Part shown: positions 1 through 13,345 of the stretch, one piece after another
Layout of the letters: the number at the start of each line of letters is the position of its first letter
How positions within the stretch are numbered: position 1 is the first letter of the stretch
Assembly: GCA_037447605.1 (NCBI GenBank)
Contig: CM074809.1
Location: 920,689-984,688 of the forward strand
DNA: 64,000 bases
From: Zygnema circumcarinatum SAG 698-1b
Lineage: Eukaryota; Plantae; Zygnematophyceae
Reading direction: 5' to 3'
Made by a program: the position numbers and the translations under genes
The notes under the pieces: generated by a model
What the model was told of the DNA's origin: nothing
Seen by the model: the letters and a program-made list of their open reading frames with translations, nothing else
Database searches by the model: none

Positions 1-34
1 ATTCCTTAAGGATTGGTTTGAACGCATTTGGCAG

Positions 35-803
35 ATCAAAATTCGCAGGCGTTCAAAGAAGTTGCTATTATCCGCCATCCTCGTGTGGGAGAGTATGCGT
101 TCGGCTTCATCACATCCTCCCTCTTGCTGCAGGTAAAGTCTCACTGCCACTTCTGTCAGCGATGACTTCGACTGGAGAGAGTGCTTGTGACCTATTTCCT
201 TCACCTGTTGTGTGGCCTACTGCTCAGACATTTCGTCCTGCTGGCGTACAGAAACAGCTGAATGTATAGGAGTTGGTACGGAATTGGCCGTGCTCGTAGA
301 ATTTCACATGAGGCACGCTATAGGCTGGCACAGACTTGCTAACATTCTGTCTTGTGGCAGCTTGAGTCTGGGGATGAGGAGGAACTCTGCAGCGTGTATG
401 TTCCGACGAACCATCTGTACATCGGTGACATCTTCCTTGTATCCAATAAAGAGATAATTCGCCCAAATCTTTCTGTTCGGGAGGGAATAGGTATGTCGAA
501 CTACCTGACTTCCGCTTCTGGATATCGTGGGGTCCTGTGCAGTCAGACTGTAGAGTGCACATAAGCTTAAAAATTTGTGCTAGCCTCACTCACTTGCGTC
601 AAAAGCTGCGCCCTTATTGCCCGCCCTAAACATCAAACACTCTTTGGACTCTCGAAACTCTCCCAGTTCTGATTGCACTTAACACCTAGTGGAAGTTGTA
701 GCAACACATTCTCAAATGGCGATGGATGTTTTTGTGTGCAGAAATTGTCGTGTCCGGAGGCATGTCTATGCCGTCTGTGTTAAGACCTGCGGGAAGAGGT
801 TAA
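35..803 (+). CDS. COV1: COV1/LCV-like (DUF502) membrane protein, 3' part only (5' exons lie outside the window)
   Basis: Exons 35-132, 361-490 and 742-803, all AG/GT bounded. Spliced translation DQNSQAFKEVAIIRHPRVGEYAFGFITSSLLLQ-LESGDEEELCSVYVPTNHLYIGDIFLV...RPNLSVREGIEIVVSGGMSMP matches the COV1/LCV C-terminal motifs. TAA at 801-803. Confidence 0.9.
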
Positions 804-1876
804 TGGTCTTCTCGGATGCTCCCTATTTCGGCCTCACATGGAGCCATCAAGTCCTTGTGGAGCCGTCTCCTGCTGGAGGCCGGCCGGGCATGGAACAAGC
901 CCCTTGTTCTTTTCCATAATAAGGACTTGAGGGGCGGCCCCTCGCGATCGACTGAAGGAATAAGAGCGTCTGTAAATTTTCAAGACTTTTTCCGCGGCAA
1001 AAGCTAAGACCCTGCCCTGACAGCAGCGATGTGGGTCTGCAATGTGGAAAATCTAGTCATTCAATGTGGAATTTGTCAGGGGAGGTGGAAAGGGGAGAGG
1101 GTAAGGGAGAGGTGGGTACTTATATGGACAACATCGAATGTCTAGAGATGAGATATTCCCTTCTAGTGGTGCTCAAAAGAGGAAGCACTGGGTTTCCCTC
1201 CCTTTAGGCTCTAGCAGGCACGCGCGCTGTATACTCAAGTGTATGACTAAGAAGAAAATCGTACATTTTCTGCCCTCGCCTTCACTTTTTTTTTCAGGAA
1301 TTGTCGGTTCTCCATTTGCTATTGCTCAAAAGTCCTATCAGATTTGAAGATTTTGTAATGCTGTACCCTAATGCTCTCCTAGTTGCAGTGAACCGTGAAA
1401 GTTTCACCTGCTTGGAATTCCAGCAAATGCAGAGTACCGACTAATAGGGGGCCATTCAATTCCATAAAGCGCTGTTCAATGTGACCAAAAAACAATGACT
1501 AGTATTTAAGTTCTGCACAACGGACATCCGATTCCACCCAGAATCAGCATTTTCACCACCAGCTTACTGTGTTCAAGATTGAACCCACTCAATCGCCGAT
1601 TCTACGTGGACCAAGTTCAACCCGAAAAGTTCGAAATGAGGCGCAAAATTTTCATTACGAAAAAGGAATAGTACACAAGCCAGCCTAGCAGTAGACCTCG
1701 TTCTCAAATCAAGTAAATACACTTGTGGAGTTCCCGCGAGCCACTACGGCATAGAGCTTCACGACTGCCTACCTGAATGTGACACATATTCTTGAGAGAG
1801 GGAGGAGGAGAAAGAGAAAGAGGAGGGAGGGACGTGCTATGTACACAATTCTTCGAAAGCACGAAGGCTTGTTCTC

Positions 1877-4800
1877 TCACAGAAGCCGAGCCCACTGCCC
1901 GCCACAGAGAGGGCAGGCACCAGCCCACCAAGAAGGCCACCACTTCTCTTTCACTCCATGCGATGCGCCCACTTCACCTTCAGCTGCGGAGGCAGCGAGG
2001 CTTGCAGCTGCCAAAGAGGCGGTCTGTCTTCCACAGCTCATACACTGCACTTGAAACCACGAGGGCACACGTCACAATCTTTCTCACACATCTCCGCCTA
2101 CCCTCTCACCGAGCCCCTTTACCCCTTCACACCACTAGCTTTCCTTTCACAGAATCCGAAAAATATAGATTAAGCGACAATGCGTGCATTTACACATCTC
2201 GAGACGAGGTCGATGCAATAAAACCAAAACTCTCGGCAGTTCTGTTCAACTGATAGTGCCTACAGGGTAAGGAACACCTCAGGATGAGGAACCTCATCTA
2301 CGCCCCCTTGACAGCAAAAGGCAAAAACTCACTCGGCTCAAGGGCACTACGCTGGCCAATCATAATACAGAAGGGTGAGGGCAGCAGACAAGATATCTAC
2401 CCCAACCCATCAGCTGATTTCACCAATTTCCTCGTCTTCTGCATGTCTCTCCCTCACCTTATGCCAAGTAGCATCGGGCGCAGTCCTCCATGTGGCAGTA
2501 ATTACATCTCTTCGAGCTCCCAAAAGACCGGCGTACGCCCCGAGTTCAGCGGCGGTAACCAGTCCCAATGCAGCATTGCGCTCTGCAAAGCGACGCTTTC
2601 GAGGCCAAACCCTAACCCCTCTGTTTCCTTCCCCTTCTGCTCCGTCAGGTGACTCCCCATAGTCGACATGCATGGCTCGGGTAACTCCCATGCCCAATGG
2701 TGCCATGGGGGGAGGTTTGCGTGCAGCATCTTCGACAGGTGGTGAGAGTTCAAGCTCCCTTACAAGGAGGCCTGCAGCATCTGCTCCGCGAGGTCGAGGA
2801 AATTGCTGTGGAAATGCAAAAGCAGAGGAGTATTATTCGTTTGTGAATGGACAGTTTACCAAATTTAGGTGTACCGCGTAGACCACCTTGGTCATGATCT
2901 AGTTGCTGATACAACTTGTTAAAGTGCTGCTCTGTCAGCGTTGGCCTGAGTCCATGGTGAAGCGTCGCTTATGAAAATGCTCCATCTTTCCCCTTCTGCA
3001 TGAAACATTAATCCTCAATATGTTCAGCATTCCATATACAATATAAGAAGGTATTACTCACCTGCATGTGTGGCGTCATCCAGATTTCAAGCTGCTCGAC
3101 CGGAACCGAAATCTGACCATCTGCATAGTGTAGTCGAACAGTTGGTGTGCTTCCTTGAGTGGGAGGTGGCGGAGTGGATGCTGGAAGATTGTGAGTCTTC
3201 TTGCACAGTTCATTGAGAGCCAAAAACATCACTTTCACCTGCAACGCTCTCAATAAACCGTGAGCTGTTACCCCTTGGGACATCTGAGCCTTTACAAATG
3301 AACAAGCAGCTATCACTCATTTCCTCAGACAGGAACTGCAAATAAACATATAAGCGTCTCCATTGTGACTTACCTCATCTGCAGTATATCCCATCCCCCC
3401 ATTTCCATTTCCAAGCCGTGCATGTCGATCGTCAGCAGAACCCTTCCCAAAAGCTGCCTTTCCTTGGCTCGAATCAGAGGCACCCTTTAGCAAGCTTGAC
3501 CCCCCATGGAGACCTCCACTAGGAGGGGGAGGAGGAGTTCGCTTTCGGCAAACTATTGCAAAGCAGGCGAGGGAGCAGAGACGGTGCAGAAAATGGCGGT
3601 CTCCCACAAGCTGCACAGCAGTCATAGAGCGGGCGGAGGCCATGGAGAGTTGGAGATTGGCGGTGCTTCCTGGAGTGCCACCTGGCACACTGCCAGCCAG
3701 TGCCGTTTCGCCACCTGGACTTTTTCCGGATTTGGCGGCTGTAGCTGCCTTTGCTACAGCAGCAGCAGCCGCTCCATTTGCCATCACTACAATACAATAC
3801 AGAAAGTGGGTCATTATGAGTAGGACTGTAGGGTGTAAGGAGTAAAACGAGGGGAAAACACGACAAACAGAAGTAATGTGAGGTAATAGATGAGTGAGTG
3901 ATTATAGAACTCAAGTGAAGCTTAGCTGCTGAGCCTTATACGCAGCATATCGCAAGCAACATACACACCAGCTGAATTTCCAGAAGCAGGTCCTGCGCCT
4001 GCTCCTGTCGCTGCAATTGTTTTATACAAGCTGAAGTATCGTCGAAGTCTAGTTAGAAAATGGGAGGTCATATCGAGTAGAGCATCCACATAAGCCTGCA
4101 AACCAATCCAACATCCTCAGACTTCCGATGATGTAATCCCGAAGGGAACAATACTGTCAGACACCATTCTTCTGTGAAGGTAGCAACTTAGCCATCTTCA
4201 ACATTCATTACTTGACATTCATTAGCATGCTTCCCCTTAAGCTTGAAAGTAGTGACGAAAAGGGACGATCAAAGAGACTCCCAAAACCCCCACAAAAAAT
4301 CGTCGGCGTATCATTTTCTCTTCTTACATGCACCATTGGAATGAGTGGCGGATCGACAGCCATTGCATCTTGTCCAAGCTGAGGCATGGCTTCAGGAGGT
4401 GAGCTCCATGGAGCGACCATAATTGTTCCAGGAACTATGAGAGCAGCCTCTATGGCCCGCCCCAACGAATCGAGGAGAAGGCGGGCCTGCAGGTCAAGAC
4501 ATAGAGTGCGAGTTTCATGACCTTCAATTCCTTCAAGGGCTCTGCATTTGACTCGATCGAGCATCTGCAGACACCGCAGGGGGAATTGAACCAACCCAAC
4601 TCCTCCGTAAGAACAAAAGAAAGAGAAACACCGCTTTTATGAAGACAAAGTTAAGACCTGAGGTTTATGTTTGATGGAATGCAAGAGGAGGAACCAATTT
4701 TCTTTCAGCAGATTAATCTTGAAAAAGGAATCCTGAAACAGGGGTCAATGCACTAAGTAGAACCTTAAATAAGACGATGGGTGAAAGGTGACGTCGGTTA

Positions 4801-7800
4801 GCTTACAGGCGAGTAGTGCATGCGGTATGCTTGCTGCGTCTGAGAATGAAAATCAGCATCCAAAAGAGCCAAAACACTCGCCACCGTTCCTGGTGAGGCA
4901 GAGGCAGCAAAACAAAGTGTGCCTTTACATACTATGCAAAGCAGAATCACTCCATATGATGTCAAGAATACAGAACTTTCCGACACCTTTCTGACAACTG
5001 TGGCGTGGCAATCATGTTTCTGGCTTAGCCCCACTTCAAGCAAAGGAGACGGGCAGCCCCAGTCTCTGCTGCTACTCGCCAAGCATGTCTGAGAGAAAAT
5101 TCAGGTACTCTTGCAACTTGGCTACTTTGTTGTCTCACCAATCCGGTGTTCTTTCTACATCCGCAATTCCGGCCTTGTTCCGGTTGGTCGATGACTCAGA
5201 TCATGTCAGATGCCTTGCTCTCCTTGACAGATGAAAAGGGGGCAGAGCGCATACCTATGCCTTCTTCTTCAGCACTCTGAGCGCATGCAACGGCGTCCCA
5301 CCAATGCGCGCCGGTCACCCAGCTCCACTCCAGTCTGTCCCTTCGCCTCCCAAGCCAGTAGAACTATGATTCTTCGACTCTACATAGTAACAAATGCTGC
5401 TTCATCTCCTTCCAACATAGTGAGCAAAAAGCTTCAGTAAAGCCCTACACGCTTCTAGAATAGTATATGCCAATGAATCAGAACCTAGCGGGTCGTTTCA
5501 GAACATCCAACGATTGCCAGGAGCATTTCTTGTCTTGGCGAAAAAAAAAAAAAATACACGCGATTACAACCCGGGACTTTGAGTTCGATGGCTATGTGGG
5601 GAATGGCAATGCAAGCAGCTCATGAATGAACTGGGAGAAGTTTGCAATAATCTGTCGCCCACCCACCCTACATTATCTATTATGAATGCCGAGAATTGGT
5701 ATGCATGCCACACCTATCTGCAAGATGTCGCTCCCACGCCGCTGGAGATGGCTCGGCAACAGGAAGCCGCAAGACACGCAGAATTGTTCGAGTTGGTCCA
5801 CTTGTATCGCACCAAGTAGTGCCCAGACAGCAACTGGTGGGAGAAAATGCCAATGGGGCTAAAACAGAAGACTCCAACTTCAAAAGAAAGTTCCTGAGAG
5901 GAGTCAACATAGAACCCACTAGAACGTGGACTTCCCCGCCTGGCAATGATACTGCCAGTTCACCACTTGGAGAAAATACTAAGTCAGCAATAAAACATGG
6001 CCTTCCAGTGGACCCTTGCCCTTTAGTAGAGGATTGGTCAAGCCCCGAATTTCTATCTCTGTTCCGTCGCCATCCACCGTACTCCTGCATGGCAACGGAG
6101 TTCCATTTGAAGGCCACTGATTGTTGTGATGCAGCACTCACTCCACTCCCTCCTCCGCTTGCCATTTCCTCAAAAAATGGATGAATAGTGAGTTGTCTCG
6201 AACTTTCCCATCTCTCGAGCCGCCAAAGAAGCTTCTCATTCATCGAATGCCCGACTGAATTGGAGTTGACATCCCCTCCTGCATACATACCCTGGGTCTA
6301 TTCGTAATCAAGTTGTTTGGATGAACAAATTGTTCGAAACTCTCGTCCTACAGTTTGTACGAACGAAACCTGGTTTCTTTTTTGAAAGAGGCATGACCTC
6401 AGGGGTCTGACCTGACCGGTATGCTTTAGATCATTTAAACCCCAATGGAGTACTCATGAGGTCGGAGAAATGACGTAGGATCCTCCACACCCAGACTTCC
6501 GATAAACCAAGCAGCAGTGTAACGCAAGCATTTTCAGAACTATTTTTTCCAGCAAATGACTAAAACCATTTTCTCCTTGACACAGGGATCTATTGTCAAA
6601 AAGAAACTACAATAGGAACCGTGGAGTTCTGAATTAACACAAACAGGCCTGTCAGACTAAACCGCAAGGCATGTATGCGTCAAAAACACCTTGAACAAAA
6701 AACCAACGGTTCAGCAAAATTATTACTGGGCAAGGCGAAGTATCTGCTATCTGCTAATAGCCTATCTATTAGGCTAGATTCTGCCCAATCTAATCTCAGA
6801 TTTAACAATGGCAAAAAGGGACATACCTTCAGCTACGAGTGTCACAAGTGCAGAGGTTGGACTCGTTGGGTCCAAAGCAACTCGCACTATCCTTCCACTC
6901 CTCAGTTTTGGCCCTTGTCCTCGAGCCCCTTTCCCGCAGGCATTAACATGATTCAAAGGAGAGCAAACTAAGAACGGGCCCAATGCTGACCCACCTCCGT
7001 CCCCCTTCTGCCCTTCTCTTTGACTCTGCTCCGCCCTCTTCCAGCCCATCAAAAAGGCGGCTAAAGGCGCCATACTTGGCCATGCCTGGGATGGTCCCTG
7101 ACTAACCACTATGCCCCCAGGCTTTACCTCCCCTGGATGCACCTCCCACAAGACAGCTGTCCCTGGAACAGTGGCTGAAACTGCCACAAGGATCAGTTTT
7201 CCACTGGCGGTGACTGCCACGTCAGCAGCAAGGACTCCTCCGGGGCCTTTGCAGAAGGGTATCACGAGGGAAGCGTGCCACTTGGCAGCATCGGAGTGGG
7301 CGGGGGGAGGCCAGACCCGCCAGCGGAGCTGGAGAGAGCCACAACGGAAAACTGTACAGACACAGAGAAAGCTGCTGCGTGGCCACCTGGCTGCAAAGGA
7401 TTGGTCGCCGCGAGGGTGGCAGGGAAAGTCGGAAAAGGTTAGCTTCAGATTCAAGTTTCATAGACCAATTTGAAGAGTGATGAGGACTTCCTGGAAAGAC
7501 AAGAAACTGTAGCATAGGCAGACCATGCCTCTCTTCAAAAATTCACGTACTCAAATTTACTGGACCTGATTGCACTAGACCTGTCTGCCATTAGACCATG
7601 TAATGACCACCCTTCTGAATCGCTGGCAAGCAGGACCCTTACTTGAACTCCGAGATACTTTTGTCAAGAACCGCTCCTCGTATGTTTTTCCTGGTGCAGG
7701 AGGAGCAGGTGGCCATGGATACTGTAATTAAAAAAAAATAAAAATAAACAACAGGATAAGTGTGATTGACCTATCCGAAAGCCATGCACAGAAACGCCTG

Positions 7801-8934
7801 ACCCTTAGTCTGCCCAGCCTATAGTTGAGCCACTTCAAGTTAAAACTTTGTCTCACCACAGGGGTTCCATGAAGCCACTTTGCAATCAACGGAGCCTCTT
7901 GACTCCACTCCGCCTCACAGCACCACGAGTTCACTGCTCGTCCGATGCTGGGCCCCCCCTGCCAACCCCTAAACTCGTCTGAAGAGATCACGAAATAAAT
8001 ATACATTCACCTTTCCGTGTTGGAATTCCCAGTAAATGCTCAAAGGCCTCTGGTAACTCCCTTAGAACACTGCAATGGTGATTTCACTATAGTTTCCAGT
8101 AAAGTTAAAAATATATTTATCTACCAAGAGACAGGTTCACCAACACCAAACTTTAGCTTTCCTCTTGAACACATTACCAGCAAACGCATGCCATGTTAGG
8201 CATGCTTTTCCCAGAGTCCCTAAAACGAATCACGGCTAATTCAACCTCTTTCCTTCCTCCAAATTAGGATATAATCATGATCTTTGAAAATTCAACGTGA
8301 CTAAGAACTCCAAGAATTACCGTGAAAATGAGGACTCCTAGAGCGATTTGGTTGTAAAAGCTTATTGAAGAGCATTACACGAATCTAGAGCAAGTTACAC
8401 AAAAATGCCAACGGCCTCACCTGATGTGGTTGGGTCCACACCATTGCCCGCCCACTACTTGCTACGGCAATCAGAGCTCGGGGACATCCTTGAGGAGACC
8501 ATGCCAGAGTATGAAGATTCTCCGTTGGCCCATCTGGGCACAAACGGACATGTTTCGACAAAATCAAATAATGTTTGTCAATTCTCCTCTGAAATTATAG
8601 ACCCAGTAAACTAACCACATAAAATTAATGGCACGTATCTTCTGGCTCAAAACCAAAGCCTTGTTATTGTGTTTTTGCTCGAGTTAAAAAACAACAAATC
8701 TGAATCACGAATCTTCCAGCTTCTCATGACTTTCTGAGTGCAGTAAGATTGAAAGTACAAGTTCTTTCCAAAAGTAAAAGGAAAAGTAAAAAGTAAAAGG
8801 AAGCACGTACCAGCTGGTACACGTATGACAAAGTGTTCTGCTGGTCGCTCTGGATCAACAACGCTAACAGGAATGCAGAATCGCAGACCCCCCACTGGCC
8901 TGAGTTCCAGCAAGCCCCCGCCCATTGTGCCTTC

Positions 8935-8978
<44 letters not shown>

Positions 8979-8988
8979 NNNNNNNNNN

Positions 8989-9035
<47 letters not shown>

Positions 9036-9711
9036 GCCGCAGCCCTGACCTGCTTTAATGGAGAGGCATAACTAGCAAGATCAATAAAAGCAAACGCAAA
9101 TTTGGTCGTGGAAACTGGTCCCTTGCCATGACTCAATACTCATCAGGTTCACGTGATTAGGTCTATTGTAACTGAATTGCGGCCCTTGGGTGCGTGACAG
9201 GATAGTAATTACTGCGAAATCGGGATGCTGCCTGTGGTTGAACATGCCACAAGGTTACTCACTGAGCACCAGGCCACAGCTCTGCTTTGCAATCAAGCCA
9301 CAAAACACAAACGGTTCAGGTAAACGGCATCAGAACAATTGCTGAAAATGAGATAAAAGGGAAGCCATGAACGAACTGACTAGTGGAACCAGAAAGAAGC
9401 CCGGCAAATCAGGCAGTATGAGACGTATGTGGAGCAAAAAACCACCATACAATTCATGAACGTACGTACGGAGAGCTGTCCGAAGCTGTCGCAGCGGACC
9501 CAAAAAGCGACTCAGCGCCGTCGTAGTCTCCAAGCGGAGACGCCATCTTCACCTCCAAGACAGTCCCAGGCACCTCCTTTTCATCCTCATCGTCCTCCAT
9601 GAGGTCTATGGCTTCGAGAGGAGCCGGAGCGCTTGTAGCAGCGCTGGAAGGCGCAGCCGCAGCCATAGCTGCCGGCAGCGAGCTCGCCTCTCGCTGCAGC
9701 AGCGCTTGCAT
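1877..9711 (-). CDS. MED16: Mediator subunit 16 (SFR6-like), multi-exon
   Basis: Successive minus-strand exons give AVAWC...NLVAC, FCIPVSVVDPERP, WSPQGCPRAL, SWCCEAEW...KWL, ARWPRSSFLCVC, WRLERWESS, FSPTSCCLGTTW, LLDADFHS, LDRVKCRALEG...DLQARLLLD, VGDRHFLHRL, VRLHYADG, VWPRKRR...RRDVITATW and C-terminal CxxC...CPLCGGQWARLL. These are collinear with plant SFR6/MED16. The start codon at 9711 is the most likely but is not proven. Confidence 0.93.
8938..9032. repeat. Poly(A) tract containing a 10-N assembly gap (8979-8988) inside a MED16 intron
   Basis: Seen directly. It lies within intron 8900-9212 of the minus-strand gene. Confidence 0.95.
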
Positions 9712-10667
9712 GAAGTTCCAAACTCCAAAAGGTGCCGCCGGAGGTGCCGGCTTCGAGCCTTGTCACTCGCCTTGTTGCTCGCCAATCTTTCACATTCCCC
9801 TAAGAAAAACACTATTCAAAACCAGTACAATCATTTCTGCAAAATGTACCACATATTAGGGATTTTTCCAAGCTACTTCTTTCGAACTGTTTCCGAATCG
9901 TAACAATGTTGAATGGTGACACGCCCTTTTATAGAATACGAAAGCGTGAACCGTAAACCGTAAAACTTGACTGCCTCGCTATTTCACACCATAGAACCTT
10001 GGTGACCGTCTCCGTTTCAGTCATCACAGCTCCATGTAACGCCTGCACCGACTTCGGGTTTTTGGACGTTCGTTCAGGACAGCCGGGTCGGTAACCGTTC
10101 GTACGGCGGCACCCGTACGAACGGCGATTCACACGTCCGTACGCTTGGTGTTCATGACGTCATCCCTAGGACCTGCACGTCATGAAAACACGCGGAGCAG
10201 CATGGTCGGCCAACGCACTCTTTTGTCGTTTTTAACCGTTTTCTAATCTTTCGCATACCGGTCAGTAACGGCCTAGTCCTCTGTGCGTCAGCAATCGTGT
10301 CTTTTTCAGCCAGTTGCGGTTCCATGCCAGTTTGACGGCGAGCGAACTGGCGCATAGAATCGTTCGAGTGCGCTGGCTGGCGCGCGGCTGTAACTGTCCG
10401 ACGGTTGCGCGGCGGCGGACGGTCCGCCTCCGCTACAGCTAAAGGGGGGAGGCCGACTCTGCAGGTCTCCCTCCCTCCACTGGCGCCCTCCCTCCCTCCC
10501 TCACCGCCGCCCTCCCTCCCTCCCTCACTGCCGTCCTCCCTCCACTGCCGTCCTCCCTCATCTCGTCTCGTGCTTCTCCTCGCTCTCTGCCCTCTTGCTC
10601 GCTCTCCTTCGCTTTCGCACTGTCTTTCGCTCTTCCTGTTTGTGGAAAAGGAGGAGGGGGGCAGAAA

Positions 10668-13345
10668 ATGTACCAGGTCGGCTCTGTTCGGCAGGTGATC
10701 ATTCACCGAGGATTGAAGACAATACATGCGGAGCTCTTTTATTCTTTCTTGCAATGTACCTTCTGGAATTTGTTTACTTTATTTTTAACCTCACCATATT
10801 ATCTCTGTTTTCAATCTCCTTTCGTTTAAGGATTACTGCGTCCTTTCTGCTCGTGTTGAATGACCCACCACTTAATAGTACGGGGGAGGAAAAGGAACGA
10901 GGATGGATATGGGGATGGAGGCCTTGTTCGTTACAACTTAATTCATGTTGCAGCTTCCTCTGCTCCCTTTATCTGGAATTGGAATTCTCTCATTTGTTTT
11001 TGGACACATTCCATCTCTAGTCCCCATTTGCCCTCCTCGCTTTTTTGACTGAAACTGAGCGCGTAAATCACCACCTGATCACTTGAACAACGTATTTTCT
11101 TACTCTGACTGCTGGTTGCATAGCTTTCGCTGATCTTGAATCCAACACTTATTCACCCTTCTTTCATCCGCTTGTTCCCCTTTTCGCAGTTGTTTGGCAT
11201 CACAGGAGCCTCCTTCACCTTAGCCCTAGTGGCCGTAATACTGTCAGCTGCCGCTTTCTTGCAGTCAATATCTTCATCGCCGTCACAGTCGTTACTCTCC
11301 AATCCGGATAGCCCTGGAAATGCAAGAAATTTCCTTCCCGAAATTATAAGAAGAACAGTGACGGAAAGTCAACAACCTGAACGTTCTCAGGCTTTAATTC
11401 CTCCTAAAGAATGTCCTCCGCCACCTGCTTGTCCGCCCGCTCCGCTCCTTTTGGAAAACCCGTCTTGCCCTAAATGTGCAATCTGCACAGACTACGTCGA
11501 TGGGGAGGAGAAAACTGAAGGAGGCGTAGAGAGCAGTGAAGAACGAGAGAGACGAGTTCAGAATCGTTTTGAAAATGTGAACGAAAAGGGTGATGTTGAG
11601 AACATCTTGGAGACGGGAGCGTGGAAGTTCAACGAGTCGTATGTGTACCCCTTCGATGCTCCTCTGGCGAGTCTTCTTAATACCATTCTGCGGGGGAAGA
11701 CGGTTTTGGAGCTGGGAGCAGGGACTGGTCACTACACAAGAGCCTTTGCAGGTGGGTTTCTGTCCACTTTGAACTGGAGAAAGACTCTGGGGGGAATTGC
11801 TGGAAAGGATTAAGGGCATATGGGGCTCGAGCTGAAGTAAGTTATTACAGGCTTATTACGCAAGGGCTTTGTTTTTTAACCCTTTAAGTATGAGCTGTGT
11901 TTGTCTCGTTGTTAAGAACCTCATATCATGATGCAGCTCTAACTATCACGTGGCTCGTATATGAAAAAAAATGCAGAAGGAACTGTACATATAACCACAA
12001 AATATGAAACATTTTAGCAATTAATTCCATCGTGTTTGAAGGACTTGCAAGTAGTCGACTAGTACTTGCGTTTTCGACTCTCTGAATAGTGAAAAATGGT
12101 GGTCAATTTTGAGGGGTTAGACTTTCCCTTCCCGTCCCTTCCTGTAGAATTAATAATTTTTTGAAAAGGTAGCGTTGGCTTTCCCAAAGTTTCAGAAAAG
12201 CTCATTTTTTTTCGGTGTTTAGAGTTTCCCCCTTCATCTATGTGAACAACTTCCCTCGTATTGTTTTGTTTCCCTGTACTTTGACTCAGAGACATGGAGT
12301 TATGTGTACATTTGCTTGCTGTTTGGAAGCAGAGATTAAGGTGAAAAAGTGGCTCAAAACATACTCTGATATTTTTTACTCATGGCTGCAGAGGATGCGA
12401 GGATAATCCACGCCTACGATGGTGCGGAGGGGATCGAAAAGTTAACGGGGGGGTACATCCAACAGGCAGACCTGACCCAACACCTCAATCTCGGATTGCA
12501 CGAGTGGGTTGTATGCATGGAGGTAAGCAATGCAGACAGCCAGTTTTCCTCATTTCTAATTCGCACAATGAAAAGCGTTAAAGCACTTTGATGTTAAAAA
12601 GAATAGCCTCTACTCTCCTTTGTTTACATGCAACGTGAGTTTTTTCGAACGCTTTATGAATAGAAGGAAGTGGGCCGGATTGCTTTTCTCTTACTCGGCC
12701 TAAAAGCAAATGTCATGTCCTGCTGCGCCTATCTTTTAACCTTTGTAAATGCTTCTTCTGCTACCTCCTTCACACCTCTCAGATCAAGTCTCAGACTCCA
12801 CCCTTGACTTAGCCGGTTCTGAACTTGGCCTCTTAGCGACGTGCTTGGAATTGCTGCAGGTGGGGGAACACGTGCCTCAGGAATTTGAACTGTCAGTTAT
12901 TGATAACATTCACAGGTGAGGCCTTTGGGGACCTTTTGTACTGCGATTGCTTCCACTCACATGTTGTGTTGACCACCTGTGAAGAGCCATTATGAAAAGA
13001 GTCCCTAACCTTACCATTGCAACATTTACAACAGAGCGCCTAACTGTCTGAATGCTTCAAGTTTCAGCCTTAGGTTACCTAAATACTAACTTAAACTGTC
13101 GTGCTGGTGGGGTTGAGGGCTTTAGGCATAACACGGAAGGTGTAATCTTGAGTTGGGCGATTCTCGGGCAGAATGGCATCGGCCACGTTAACAATCACTC
13201 GAATCAGTACATCAAGAGGCTGATGAGAAGTTTGGGCTACAGGTCTGATGTCAATGCAGAGAGGCAAGCACGCAAGGCCGCTTCCTTGTGGTGGTTCCAA
13301 AAGAGCACCATGATTTTTCGGCGAGTAGAAAGTCCACTCCGGTAG
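10668..13345 (+). CDS. Class I SAM-dependent methyltransferase with N-terminal transmembrane anchor and Pro/Cys stem (type II membrane topology)
   Basis: Exons 10668-10694, 11190-11751, 12392-12522, 12860-12915 and 13126-13345 splice in frame. Features: hydrophobic LFGITGASFTLALVAVILSAAAFL, motif I VLELGAGTG, AYDG, ADLT, VCMEVGEHVP, GVILSWA...GIGHVN. Stop TAG at 13343-13345. Confidence 0.8.

Noticed and set aside
9050-9071. Possible MED16 micro-exon (YASPLKQ) with AG/GT borders
   Set aside because: Exon 9281-9213 (phase 2) joins the exon starting at 8899 in frame without it, and including it breaks the frame.
8825-9136. Poly-Lys and poly-Phe ORFs
   Set aside because: Artefacts of the poly(A) tract and N gap.
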